A DNA stretch of 64,000 bases from Desulfosudaceae bacterium (GCA_963674745.2 CAXXDV010000003.1:896001-960000); one strand, 5' to 3'. Shown: positions 19,046-28,929, counted from the first letter of the stretch. The notes: a model not told the origin generated them from the sequence alone. Program-made: numbers and translations.

Positions 19046-20620
19046 ATGACAAACGCCCAGGTATTCATAAAGGTCCTGCTGCCGGCCCTGATATCCGGAC
19101 TTTTGCTTACGGCCGCTTTCCCCCAAGTAGGATTGTGGGCGCTGGCCTGGGTGGCCCTGGTGCCGCTATTGCTTTCCCTGCGAGATCTGTCACCCAAATG
19201 GTCTTTTGCCGCCGGTTTTTTTGCGGGATGGGCTCACTTTCTTACCCTCGGGTACTGGCTGGTTCCAACAGTCATGACCTACGGCGGCGTTCCCCTGACG
19301 CCGGCCCTGTTGTTTTACCTGGGCCTGGCCGCCTGCCTGGCGGTTTATGTGGCCCTGTTCTGCCTGTTCGTGGCGAGTTTCCCCGGCCGGCCGATAGCCG
19401 TAATGGCAGCGGTGCCGTTTATCTGGGTGGGGCTGGAATTTCTGCGTACCCACCTGTTTACCGGACTGCCCTGGGGGTTGCTTGGATACTCCCAGTTTGA
19501 ACGGCTTTACCTGATTCAGATCGCCGATATCCTCGGGGTTTACGGGATTTCTTTTATTATCGGGCTGACCAACGCGGCGGTGGCGGGCCTGCTTTTGTGG
19601 CTGATGAAGCGCCCCTGGCAGGATATGCCCGTAAGTAAAAGCGGTGTCATGGTGTTGACGGCCGGCGCCCTGGCACTCCTGGGTATCGTCTGTGGTTATG
19701 GCCGGTGGCGGCTGGGAACTATTGATAAAGCTCTGGAAACGGCACCGATCCGCACTATCGCAGTGATTCAGGGCAATATCAGCCAGGGGCAGAAATGGGA
19801 TCGTGCCCATTGTCTGGCCGTGATCAACAAACATCTGGATATGGCGCGCCGGAGCGTTGAATCCCACCCCGATCTGATTGTCATGCCGGAAACCGCCATG
19901 CCTTTTTATTTTTTTTATGAAAAGGATCTTACAGAGATGGTTTGTCGGACCGCACAGGAGACCGGCACTTTTTTACTGGTCGGCGCGCCGGCGTTCAAGG
20001 TGATTCCGGGGGGGATCCTTTCATACAACAGTGCTTTTCTGATTAATCCGGAGGGCACTGTCCTCGACCGGTATGACAAGACCCACCTGGTTCCTTTTGG
20101 CGAATATGTGCCTTTTGGACAATATCTGCCCTTTATTGACAAACTGGTTGCCGGTGTGGGGGATTTTACGCCGGGAACCATGGGCCGGGTGTTATCGATG
20201 GACGGTTGCCGGTTGGGCGTTCAGATATGTTTCGAGATCATTTTTCCGTCCATTTGCCGCAAGATGGTGAATAACGGCGCGGATATGATCATTAATATAA
20301 CCAATGACGCCTGGTACGGCCGAACCAGCGCCCCCTATCAGCATTTTTCCATGACCGTGCTGAGGGCGGTTGAAAACAGGCGTTCTCTGGTCAGATCGGC
20401 CAATACCGGTATCAGCGGTTTTGTTGATCCGGCCGGTCGTATCCGGGGTAGTACCGGGTTGTTTGTAGACAGCACGCCGGTGTACCGGGTGCCGGTCATG
20501 AAAGAACAGGCAATTTATACCCGGATGGGTGATGTGGCGGCCGTGCTATGCACTGTTTTCCTGCTGGTTGTGCCGGTCCGAAGACTAAATGTCTTTATCC
20601 GGCGCAGAAAAAAAACATGA
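19046..20620 (+). CDS. lnt: Apolipoprotein N-acyltransferase
   Basis: Multiple TM segments, QGNI, MPETA, YDKTHLVPFGEY, ICFEIIF, TNDAWY, RSANTGIS. Confidence 0.95.
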   Translation: MTNAQVFIKVLLPALISGLLLTAAFPQVGLWALAWVALVPLLLSLRDLSPKWSFAAGFFAGWAHFLTLGYWLVPTVMTYGGVPLTPALLFYLGLAACLAVYVALFCLFVASFPGRPIAVMAAVPFIWVGLEFLRTHLFTGLPWGLLGYSQFERLYLIQIADILGVYGISFIIGLTNAAVAGLLLWLMKRPWQDMPVSKSGVMVLTAGALALLGIVCGYGRWRLGTIDKALETAPIRTIAVIQGNISQGQKWDRAHCLAVINKHLDMARRSVESHPDLIVMPETAMPFYFFYEKDLTEMVCRTAQETGTFLLVGAPAFKVIPGGILSYNSAFLINPEGTVLDRYDKTHLVPFGEYVPFGQYLPFIDKLVAGVGDFTPGTMGRVLSMDGCRLGVQICFEIIFPSICRKMVNNGADMIINITNDAWYGRTSAPYQHFSMTVLRAVENRRSLVRSANTGISGFVDPAGRIRGSTGLFVDSTPVYRVPVMKEQAIYTRMGDVAAVLCTVFLLVVPVRRLNVFIRRRKKT

Positions 20621-20731
20621 ATAACCTTGTGCCGGTGTATCCAAAAAAATGGATTTTTACAGAGATTTGTGATATTTGACATCATATTAATTTTTATAAA
20701 ATAAGATAGATATCTATCGGGGGAGATAAAA

Positions 20732-21842
20732 ATGACAACCACCAACAGCGCGGAAACCAGGCAGGTGATAAAGGAGTTGTACGAAAAAGCAGAACAGCTC
20801 AGAGGATATCTTTGACGTACCGGCCATTGAAAAACGGTTGGCGGACATAGAGACCCGGCTGGCCAGTGAGGGGTTCTGGGATAATTCCGAAGAATCGGTT
20901 GATGTCTTAAAAGAGCGCTCTGTGCTTTCCTCAAAGCTGGATTCATTGCAGTCCATTTGCGCGGATATCGAGGACGCGGAGGTCCTTCTGGAGCTTGGAG
21001 AAGAGGAAGACGACGCTGAAGCGATAGTCGACGCGGGCAAACGAGCCTCACGGATCTCCAGGCAAATCGATTCATTTTTTATCGAACTGACGCTGACCGG
21101 TGAAGACGACCCTTCCAACGCCATCCTGTCCATTAATGCCGGTGCCGGTGGCACCGACTCCCAGGACTGGGCTGAAATGCTGTTTCGCATGTATACCCGC
21201 TGGGTGGAGCATAAAGGGTATGGCCTGGATATCCTGGATGTTCAGCCCGGGGAAGAAGCAGGCATTAAGAGCGCCACGGTAAAGGTGACCGGCCGCAACG
21301 CTTTCGGATACCTGAAAAACGAGATCGGGGTTCACCGCCTGGTCAGGATTTCACCATTCAACGCCAGCGGTAAACGCCACACTTCGTTCGCTTCAGTCTT
21401 TGTCTCTCCTGAGGTGGACAAGGATTTCGATATTGAAATCAATGACAATGATCTCAGGATTGATGTGTTCCGGGCCAGTGGTGCCGGGGGGCAGCATGTC
21501 AATAAAACCAGCAGTGCCGTTCGTATCACCCATTTCCCCAGCGGGGTCGTTGTCCAGTGTCAGCAGGAAAAATCCCAGACCAGGAACAAGGAGATCGCCA
21601 TGGCGGTCCTCAAGTCCCGCCTCTACCAGCTTGAAAAGGCGAAGCAGCAGGCCAAGCTTCAGGACATGCATGATAACAAGGATGAAATCGCCTGGGGAAG
21701 CCAGATCCGGTCCTATGTCCTGCATCCGTATCAGAAAGCCAAAGACCATCGGGTGGATGTCGAGATCGGTAATGTCCAGGGCGTGCTGGATGGCAACATC
21801 GATCCGTTTATAGACGCCGTCCTTCTGGGAGGAAAACCTTGA
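20732..21842 (+). CDS. prfB: Peptide chain release factor 2 with programmed +1 frameshift
   Basis: MTTTNSAE...LRGYL then CTT-TGA-C at 20810-20816 with internal SD AGAGGA; the +1 frame joins ORF 20838-21842 carrying SPF and GGQ motifs. Confidence 0.95.
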
Positions 21843-22435
21843 CCGGTGAATCGGTACAACCGGGGCAGGGTGGCTGTAATTCAGGGATTGATCCGACGGC
21901 GATTATCCGTGATTTCTATGAGTCCGGGTCAAAAGCGTTTAACCTGCTCATCGCCCATGGCCGGCAGGTAACCGAAAAAAGCCTGCGCATCGCCCATCAT
22001 GTCCGCGATCTTTTTCCGGATACCCTCTTTATTGAACAGGCGGCCATGCTCCATGATATCGGCATGATCCGGACCAATACACCGGTTCTGGGCTGCTACG
22101 GCCAACATCCTTATGTCTGCCATGGTATCCTGGGGCGTGAAATGCTGGAATCGATCGGTCTGCGCGATCATGCCATGGTGTGTGAGCGGCATGTCGGGGT
22201 CGGCCTGACCGCAATTGAAATCGAAAATCAGCAACTGCCCCTGCCGCTCCGGGACATGATGCCGGTTACCACGGAAGAGCGGATCATTGCCTACGCCGAC
22301 AAATTCTTCTCCAAACATCCTGATCGTCAGGATGATGAAATTCCTTTTGAACAGGTCGTCAGCGGTCTGGCACACTACGGCCGGCGCCAGGTGGAAACCT
22401 TTCTGTCCTGGGCGGAAATATTCGGCGACCGGTAG
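21839..22435 (+). CDS. HD/HDIG-domain phosphohydrolase
   Basis: H...LHDIG...HG...RHVGVG...YADKFFSK. Confidence 0.85.
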   Translation: MTGESVQPGQGGCNSGIDPTAIIRDFYESGSKAFNLLIAHGRQVTEKSLRIAHHVRDLFPDTLFIEQAAMLHDIGMIRTNTPVLGCYGQHPYVCHGILGREMLESIGLRDHAMVCERHVGVGLTAIEIENQQLPLPLRDMMPVTTEERIIAYADKFFSKHPDRQDDEIPFEQVVSGLAHYGRRQVETFLSWAEIFGDR

Positions 22436-22440
22436 CCTCG

Positions 22441-22493
22441 CTACCGGCCCCCAAAAGGGTCACGGCGCGAACAAAATCTTTTTGCAGGTTCCT
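22441..22493 (+). repeat. 53-bp direct repeat, left copy flanking brnTA
   Basis: CTACCGGCCCCCAAAAGGGTCACGGCGCGAACAAAATCTTTTTGCAGGTTCCT; 52/53 identical to 23209-23261. Confidence 0.92.
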
Positions 22494-22559
22494 GTTGATC
22501 GATCATAACCGCCTTAAATAAATATATACTTCCTTCGGTCGATGAAGAAAACAGCTCTC

Positions 22560-22588
22560 TTGACATGTGCACAATTTGTGCATACAAT
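22560..22588 (+). promoter_or_regulatory. Sigma70 promoter of brnTA with an operator in the spacer
   Basis: TTGACA, 17 bp spacer, TACAAT; palindrome TGCACAA-T-TTGTGCA 22568-22582. Confidence 0.75.
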
Positions 22589-22597
22589 AATCTTGTT

Positions 22598-22867
22598 ATG
22601 GATTTCGAATGGGATGCCAGGAAGGCTGAAAGTAACTTGAAAAAGCACGGCATTGATTTTGCCGATGCGGTTTTTGTTCTTGAAGATCCCAATGCCATAA
22701 CGATTGATGATGAAAACGAGCAGGAACAACGGTTTGTTTCAATAGGCATTGACTGTTTTGCCAGGGTTTTGGTTGTTGTATACACATGGAGGCGGAACAA
22801 CGTTCGAATTATTTCCGCCCGAAAAGCAACCGGAAAAGAACGAAGGCAATACGAGGTGGGACCATGA
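22598..22867 (+). CDS. brnT: BrnT family toxin
   Basis: MDFEWDARKAESNLKKHGIDF...EQRFVSIG...RIISARKAT. Confidence 0.92.
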   Translation: MDFEWDARKAESNLKKHGIDFADAVFVLEDPNAITIDDENEQEQRFVSIGIDCFARVLVVVYTWRRNNVRIISARKATGKERRQYEVGP

Positions 22868-23130
22868 AAAAAGAGTATGATTTTTCCAAAGGAAAGCGCG
22901 GTCCGGCTATACTCCCGGCGTCGAACAAAACAAGAATTACGATTCGCCTGGATAATGATATAATTGAGTGGTTTAAAACTAAAGTACATGAAGCCGGAGG
23001 CGGGAGTTATCAGTCTATGATTAATGAGGCCTTACGCAAGCATATTGAAACGGAAAAAGAGCCCATCGAGAAGGTGTTAAGGCGGGTCATCAGAGAAGAG
23101 CTTCAGCATGGCAATGCCTCGCCCCAATAG
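22864..23130 (+). CDS. brnA: BrnA family antitoxin
   Basis: MKKEYDFSKGKRG...ITIRLDNDIIEWFK...YQSMINEALR; ATGA overlap with brnT. Confidence 0.9.
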   Translation: MKKEYDFSKGKRGPAILPASNKTRITIRLDNDIIEWFKTKVHEAGGGSYQSMINEALRKHIETEKEPIEKVLRRVIREELQHGNASPQ

Positions 23131-23208
23131 TATGATAGTAAGTTGATTTTCAGAAAATTTTTATTCACTCCGTTTTGAATCTGAAGCAGGAATTCTCTTT
23201 GGCTTAGA

Positions 23209-23261
23209 CTACCGGCCCCCAAGAGGGTCACGGCGCGAACAAAATCTTTTTGCAGGTTCCT
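23209..23261 (+). repeat. 53-bp direct repeat, right copy flanking brnTA
   Basis: CTACCGGCCCCCAAGAGGGTCACGGCGCGAACAAAATCTTTTTGCAGGTTCCT. Confidence 0.92.
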
Positions 23262-23299
23262 CTTTAAACAACAGGCCAAATACTGCATAATGATGATCT

Positions 23300-24910
23300 A
23301 TGTTGCCGAATGATCTGAGAAAACACTTAAAGTTCTATTTTATCACCGATGACGGGGCTGCCATGCCGGTGGCGGAACAGGTGAAGACCGCTGTTCTGGG
23401 TGGCGCCACCATGATCCAGTACCGGAACAAATCTTTTAGCAGCAGTCATTTTGAAGAAGTTCTGGCGGCCAGGAAGATGTGCCGTGCCAACCGCATTCCT
23501 TTTATTATTAATGATGATATCGTACTGGCCAAAGCGGTCGAGGCTGACGGTGTTCATGTCGGCCAGGATGATGCGTCCCCCTCACTGGCCCGCCGGATAA
23601 TGGGAGACAACGCGATTATCGGGGTGTCTGTTTCCACGCTGGAAGAACTGGCCGCGACTGATATCGGACGGTGTGATTACATGGGGACAGGCCCGGTATT
23701 TGACACGGACACCAAAAAAGACACCAAAGAAACCATCGGGCTTGGCGGCCTGGAACAGATGGTCAAGGCGGCGGGTATCCCGATAGTGGCCATCGGTGGG
23801 ATAAATCCCGATAATGCCGCTGCCTGCCTGACTGCCGGCGCTGCCGGTGTGTCGGTCATCAGTTGTGTGACGCGGGTTGAAAATCCCCTTGAAGGTGCCC
23901 GCCGGCTGGCGGCAGCCTGCGGGATTTCCTTTTTCCCGGAAAACATTCTGCTTCCCTGGCAGGACGAGTTCGACCTGATCCGGCGCATCATGAGCAATGC
24001 ACCGGCGGGAAATGGTAAAAAGGCCGTTTTTGAAGTGCCTTCCGGTGATGACGCGGCCGTGCTGTCCGGTCTGATCAAGCCGGTTATTTCCACTGACGCC
24101 CACATTGAAGGCGTGCATTTTGACTTTTCCTGGCAGACACCGGCTGAAGTGGGTTACAAGGCAGCGGTTGTAACGTTGAGTGACCTGGCCGCGTCATACG
24201 CGCAGCCGGTGGCCATGTTTGTCAACCTGACCCTGACCGGGCAGGAGCCGGAAACGCAAATTTGTGAAATGTATGACGGTTTGAAAAAAGCGCTCAGCGA
24301 ATATGGCTGCGCTCTTGGTGGTGGAAATATTTCTCGTGGACGAACCGTCGGTCTTAATCTGTTCGTGGTGGGGAAGGGCGATGATAACGTTTATCCATTA
24401 CGGTCAGGTGCCCGGCCGGGAAATGGCCTGTACTGTACCGGCCGGTTAGGGCTGTCCGGTGCCGGCCTGGTGTTGCTTCAGGATAAAGACGATTCCCATC
24501 CTGAATTGATCGAAAAATTTAAATTTCCCAGGGCGCGGTTTGATGCCGCGGCTGTGCTGGCCGCCCATGGTGTGGCCTGCGTGATCGACGTCAGTGACGG
24601 TCTGGCAGGAGACGCGGGCCATCTTGCCGAAGCCTCAGCGTTATCTGTCGCTTTTGACTTTGACAGCGGCGTTTTTGCCCCTGAACTGCTGGCCTTTTGT
24701 CAAAAAACCGGCCGAACGCCGGAAGAGATGATGTTTTGCGGTGGAGAAGACTACGAGCTGTTGTTCGCCTGCGAACCCGATCGGTTCGAATCGATTTGCA
24801 AACAGTTACCGGAAGCCGTATGTCTCGGCCGGTTTGAACTTTTTGACGGCCGGTATCTGAAGAACCTGCCGGCCGGGTTAAAGTCGTTTCAGCATGGATA
24901 TGAGGTTTGA
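23300..24910 (+). CDS. thiE-thiL: Fused thiamine-phosphate synthase (ThiE) / thiamine-monophosphate kinase (ThiL)
   Basis: N-half QYRNK, INDD, GVHVGQDD, VAIGGI; C-half EFDLI, GDDAA, LSDLAA, GGNIS, DVSDGL, GGEDYELLF. Confidence 0.9.
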   Translation: MLPNDLRKHLKFYFITDDGAAMPVAEQVKTAVLGGATMIQYRNKSFSSSHFEEVLAARKMCRANRIPFIINDDIVLAKAVEADGVHVGQDDASPSLARRIMGDNAIIGVSVSTLEELAATDIGRCDYMGTGPVFDTDTKKDTKETIGLGGLEQMVKAAGIPIVAIGGINPDNAAACLTAGAAGVSVISCVTRVENPLEGARRLAAACGISFFPENILLPWQDEFDLIRRIMSNAPAGNGKKAVFEVPSGDDAAVLSGLIKPVISTDAHIEGVHFDFSWQTPAEVGYKAAVVTLSDLAASYAQPVAMFVNLTLTGQEPETQICEMYDGLKKALSEYGCALGGGNISRGRTVGLNLFVVGKGDDNVYPLRSGARPGNGLYCTGRLGLSGAGLVLLQDKDDSHPELIEKFKFPRARFDAAAVLAAHGVACVIDVSDGLAGDAGHLAEASALSVAFDFDSGVFAPELLAFCQKTGRTPEEMMFCGGEDYELLFACEPDRFESICKQLPEAVCLGRFELFDGRYLKNLPAGLKSFQHGYEV

Positions 24911-24922
24911 GGTAGTTTTCCC

Positions 24923-25876
24923 ATGTCGTCCGGAATCGATCATAAAGATATAAATTCCTCGCTACCCCCGGTAATCGTCCTCTGCGGGCCGACCGGTGTC
25001 GGCAAGACGGAATATGCGCTTGAACTGGCACAAACCTTTGGCGGCCATATCGTCGGGGCTGATTCCATGCAGATTTATAAATACATGGATATCGGTACGG
25101 CCAAGCCTTCGCGTGAGGAACAGGAGCAGGTTCCCCACTACATGATTGATGTTGCCGAGCCGGATGAGGATTTCAGTGCCGGCAAATATGCCCGTATGGC
25201 GGAATCAATATTGTCCCGGCTGCATCAAAATGGTATTCTTCCCTTTCTGGTCGGCGGCACGGGGTTGTATATCAAAGCCTGTTTGAAGGGTTTATTCCGG
25301 GAAGGCCCCGCAGACAGCCATCTGCTGCAGGAATTGAGAGCAGAGGCGGATGAAAAAGGAGCCGCCGTTATGCATGACCGGTTAATGGCCTGTGATCCGG
25401 CGTCGGCCCGGCGGATAGACCCCAATGATGTATTTCGGATCATCCGGGCATTGGAGCTTTATGCTGTTACCGGACGACCGGCATCGGAACATATACAGGG
25501 GCACGGGTTTTCCGGTCAACGATACGCAACCCTTAAAATATGCCTTAACCGTGAAAGGCAGGCGCTGTATCAGCGTATTGATGCCAGGGTTGATGCCATG
25601 CTCGAGGCCGGGTTTGCCGACGAGGTCCGCCGATTATTGGAGCGGGGTTTTACCCCGGATTTGAAATCCATGCAATCAATCGGTTATCGGCATATGGCGC
25701 AGTATCTGCATAAAGAAATGTCCTGGGAAGAAATGAGAGAAACCATGATGCGGGATACACGACGGTATGCCAAACGGCAGTTGACCTGGTTCCGGGGTGA
25801 CCCCGAAATGATCTGGGTTGACAAACAGGCCGGGATTCAGGAAGTATGCAACCTGATAGACCGGTTTATTAATTAG
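24923..25876 (+). CDS. miaA: tRNA dimethylallyltransferase
   Basis: GPTGVGKT, DSMQIY, DIGTAKP, VGGTGLY, TRRYAKRQLTWF. Confidence 0.96.
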   Translation: MSSGIDHKDINSSLPPVIVLCGPTGVGKTEYALELAQTFGGHIVGADSMQIYKYMDIGTAKPSREEQEQVPHYMIDVAEPDEDFSAGKYARMAESILSRLHQNGILPFLVGGTGLYIKACLKGLFREGPADSHLLQELRAEADEKGAAVMHDRLMACDPASARRIDPNDVFRIIRALELYAVTGRPASEHIQGHGFSGQRYATLKICLNRERQALYQRIDARVDAMLEAGFADEVRRLLERGFTPDLKSMQSIGYRHMAQYLHKEMSWEEMRETMMRDTRRYAKRQLTWFRGDPEMIWVDKQAGIQEVCNLIDRFIN

Positions 25877-25885
25877 AGAAGACAT

Positions 25886-28054
25886 ATGAAAAATCGGAGA
25901 ATACTGGCCGGACTGGCGATAGCCGGCATGTTGATGATCTGTGCCTGTGTGTCAAAAGGCGTGATTCCCGCCCATGGACCAGGGCAGGATCTGCTTGTCA
26001 AAGCGGAAAGCCGGTTTAAGCAGGGGTTTTATAGCAGTGCCGTAACCTACTATCAGGATTATCTTCACTATTTCCCCAACGGGGACAGTGTGCCCACGGC
26101 CCTTCTTGGTATCGGTGATGTGTTTTCCGCCCAGGGTGAATATGACGATGCCCGCCGGCATTACAGCCTGCTGGTGGATCGTTTTCCGGAAAACACAGCC
26201 GCTGAAGACGCCAGGATCGGTATTCTTCTGTCCTGGTACAAGCAGCGGCAATACGCCCGGGCAATTGATTATGCCAACACGATAACCGATAAAGACGTAT
26301 CCGATGACTGTCTGGCCAGAAAGTATGCCATTGTCAGCGACGCCTACCTGGCTCTGGGCGAGCCTGTGGATGCGGCTTATGTCCTGATATCGGGGTTGAA
26401 AAAGGTGGACGGGGCGGCCCAGAACAAGATTTTGATGAAGCTGGGCCAGGTGTCGGGCAAAATAGGGCCGGAATCGCTTCAAAAGATCATGGCAGCGGTC
26501 AAAGATCCGGATTTCAGGGGATTCTTGAGCTGTCAAATTGCCGAACGGTATATACAGAACCAGAATTATGAACAGGCCGTCATGATCCTGTCCGGTTTCC
26601 TGACGGCTTTTCCGAACAATGCTTACGCGCAAAAAGCAGTGGAACTGCTGCGCCGGATAGACACAACATCGGTTTATGAACGCTATGCGATCGGTTGTCT
26701 GTTGCCCCTCAGCGGTAAATATCGTCTTTTCGGGGAACGGGCGTTAAAAGGCATCCAGTTCGCTTTCCAGGAGTTCCTCACGGCTCATTCCGGGAATGGT
26801 GTGGCACCACCCATCAGGTTGATTATAGAAGATACCGGATCGAATGCCAGAAAAGCGGTTAATGCGGCAAAGGCACTGGCCGACAAAAAAGTCGCCGCCA
26901 TTATCGGCCCGCTGCTTCCTTTTAAAGAAGCTATTCTGGAAGCGGATAAGCACCGCATCCCCATTATTACCATATGCCAGGATCAGAATATCCCTAAACT
27001 GGGTGAATATGTTTTCCGTAATTTTTTAACGCCTCAGATGCAGGTTGAATCGCTGGTGAAATATACCTGTGATGATCTGGGGATGCGCAAATTTGCCGTA
27101 CTTTATCCCGAAGAAGAATACGGGCGGGTTTTTGCCCATAAATTCTGGGATGAGATTTTAAAGTATGACGGCGAAATGGTCGGGTTTGAATCTTACAATC
27201 CGTCTGACACCGATTTTGCCGAACCCATCAAAAAGCTGGCGGGCCTGTATTACGAGGTGCCTGAAGACTTAAAAGAGGTGCGGGAACAGCGTTTGATCAG
27301 GCTGGGGCTCAAGGAAGTCGATACCGGATTTCTTGACGCCTTTCTTTTCCGGGATTTACCGGCGGAAAACACGGAAAATCAGGGTATAGAAGAGGTGGTG
27401 ATTGAAGACGAAGTAAACCAAGAAGACGAAGCAAACGAAGAGGGCCTTAACAAGGAAGAAGACCCGGATAGTCAAACAGCGGAAGAAGAGGCGGAAGAAG
27501 AAGACAAGGCGCTGGTGGATTTCGATGCCCTGTTTGTTCCGGACGGGCCTACCAACGTCGGTATGATCATTCCGCAACTGGCTTTTTATGATATCATTGA
27601 TACGCTGCTGCTGGGGACCAATTTATGGTACAGCCGGGAATTGATTGAGACGGCCGGGGGATACGCCCAGGGGGCGGTGTTTCCTGCGGATTTCCTGGAA
27701 ACCGGGGGCCGGCAGGCGGCGGCAGGGTCTTTTTCTTCCCGATATGAGCTTTTTTATAATGAAAAACCGGGCTTTGTCTCCGCGGTGGCTTATGATACCG
27801 CCGTTATCCTGATGCGTATCATCAACGATCCCGCGATTCGCTTTCGACATTCAATCATTGAACGCCTGGAAAACATGGAAGGCTTCCCGGGGGTTACCGG
27901 TGAGACCGCCTTTGATTTGAGTGGAGAAGTCAGGAAGAAGTTGACGCTGTTAAAAATAAAAAGAAACGGTTTTGCAGTGGTTGCTGACAGGGCCGCCGCT
28001 TACCCTGAAAAAGAGGCGTCCCACTTAGAAAACGCCCATTCAGAAAACCCCTGA
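25886..28054 (+). CDS. Lipoprotein with TPR region and periplasmic-binding-protein fold (LpoA/LppC-like PBP activator)
   Basis: Lipobox-like ICAC, TPR-like helices, IGCLLPLSG, AIIGPL, AYD...GVTGETAF; long acidic insertion. Confidence 0.75.
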   Translation: MKNRRILAGLAIAGMLMICACVSKGVIPAHGPGQDLLVKAESRFKQGFYSSAVTYYQDYLHYFPNGDSVPTALLGIGDVFSAQGEYDDARRHYSLLVDRFPENTAAEDARIGILLSWYKQRQYARAIDYANTITDKDVSDDCLARKYAIVSDAYLALGEPVDAAYVLISGLKKVDGAAQNKILMKLGQVSGKIGPESLQKIMAAVKDPDFRGFLSCQIAERYIQNQNYEQAVMILSGFLTAFPNNAYAQKAVELLRRIDTTSVYERYAIGCLLPLSGKYRLFGERALKGIQFAFQEFLTAHSGNGVAPPIRLIIEDTGSNARKAVNAAKALADKKVAAIIGPLLPFKEAILEADKHRIPIITICQDQNIPKLGEYVFRNFLTPQMQVESLVKYTCDDLGMRKFAVLYPEEEYGRVFAHKFWDEILKYDGEMVGFESYNPSDTDFAEPIKKLAGLYYEVPEDLKEVREQRLIRLGLKEVDTGFLDAFLFRDLPAENTENQGIEEVVIEDEVNQEDEANEEGLNKEEDPDSQTAEEEAEEEDKALVDFDALFVPDGPTNVGMIIPQLAFYDIIDTLLLGTNLWYSRELIETAGGYAQGAVFPADFLETGGRQAAAGSFSSRYELFYNEKPGFVSAVAYDTAVILMRIINDPAIRFRHSIIERLENMEGFPGVTGETAFDLSGEVRKKLTLLKIKRNGFAVVADRAAAYPEKEASHLENAHSENP

Positions 28055-28120
28055 TCCGGATATAGCACAAAATACCACGATGCCGAGACCGGGCTGTACT
28101 ATTGCGGTTCCACATATTTA

Positions 28121-28176
28121 TTGACATTCGTCGCATTCCTTACTATGATGTAAGAAAAAAATAAAAAGTAAGGAAT
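28121..28176 (+). promoter_or_regulatory. Sigma70 promoter and operator of the vapBC-type pair
   Basis: TTGACA 28121-28126, 17 bp spacer, TATGAT 28144-28149; inverted ATTCCTTACT / AGTAAGGAAT. Confidence 0.7.
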
Positions 28177-28182
28177 AATGCC

Positions 28183-28431
28183 ATGCCACTTGCCACCTTA
28201 ACCAACAAGGGCCAGATAACGATTCCCAAAGCTGTCAGGCAGTCGTTAGGGCTGCACCCCGGAGACAAACTCGAGTTTATTGTCAACCGGGATGGTGAGG
28301 TGCTGTGCAAACCGATCATTAAAAAAGTCGATGATGTGTTCGGAAAGCTTCATAAACCCGGCAAAAAGCCTGTGTCTGTTAAGGAGATGAATACCGCTGT
28401 GAAAGAGAAAATGAAGGGGCGCTTAAAGTGA
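28183..28431 (+). CDS. AbrB/MazE/SpoVT family antitoxin
   Basis: ATLTNKGQITIPKAVRQSLGLHPGDKLEF. Confidence 0.9.
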   Translation: MPLATLTNKGQITIPKAVRQSLGLHPGDKLEFIVNRDGEVLCKPIIKKVDDVFGKLHKPGKKPVSVKEMNTAVKEKMKGRLK

Positions 28432-28826
28432 AAGCCCTGGATACGAACATCCTGATCCGCTTTCTTGTCCGGGATGATGAAAAACAGGCTCAGGCGGTAT
28501 ACAGATTATTCAAAAACACGGAAACACGCAGGGATACGCTTTTTGTCCCCCTGCTTGTTGTGTTAGAGACGATCTGGGTGCTGGAAGCGGTTTATGATGT
28601 CGGCAGGGAAGATATTCTGGACGCTTTTGAAACACTGTTGCTGATGCCTCTTTTCGTATTCGAGGATCAGCAGGCAATAAGAGCGTTTATCGCATCGGCG
28701 AAAGACGCAAAAGCGGATCTTTCCGATCTTCTTATCGCAGCTTCAGCGTCTTTCTCGGGTTGTGATTCGATATTGACCTTTGATAAAACCGCCTCAAAAA
28801 TTCCGTTGTTTGAATTTGTAAAATAA
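28428..28826 (+). CDS. vapC: PIN-domain (VapC) toxin
   Basis: LDTNILIR, ETIWVL, DLSDLLI, TFDK; GTGA overlap with the antitoxin. Confidence 0.9.
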   Translation: MKALDTNILIRFLVRDDEKQAQAVYRLFKNTETRRDTLFVPLLVVLETIWVLEAVYDVGREDILDAFETLLLMPLFVFEDQQAIRAFIASAKDAKADLSDLLIAASASFSGCDSILTFDKTASKIPLFEFVK

Positions 28827-28842
28827 AAGAGACAGACTGCCC

Positions 28843-28886
28843 GGGGTGGCACTGACAACTTGTTGTCAGTGTTCGAAGAACAGGAG
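28843..28886 (+). repeat. REP flanking the RAYT gene (left)
   Basis: GGGGTGGCACTGACAACTTGTTGTCAGTGTTCGAAGAACAGGAG. Confidence 0.88.
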
Positions 28887-28929
28887 CTTGCAGGAGGCAA
28901 ATCAAATTGAAAGGAATGGATTCCTTAAG

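Noticed and set aside
20732..20837. prfB pseudogene
   Set aside because: The break is the canonical programmed CTT-TGA-C frameshift.
22441..23261. CRISPR or integron attC reading of the 53-bp direct repeats
   Set aside because: Only two copies about 715 bp apart, no RYYYAAC/GTTRRRY ends and no integrase.
28846..28929. ORF-track N-terminal extension of the RAYT
   Set aside because: It runs through the REP sequence; the RAYT-like sequence begins at ATG 28930.
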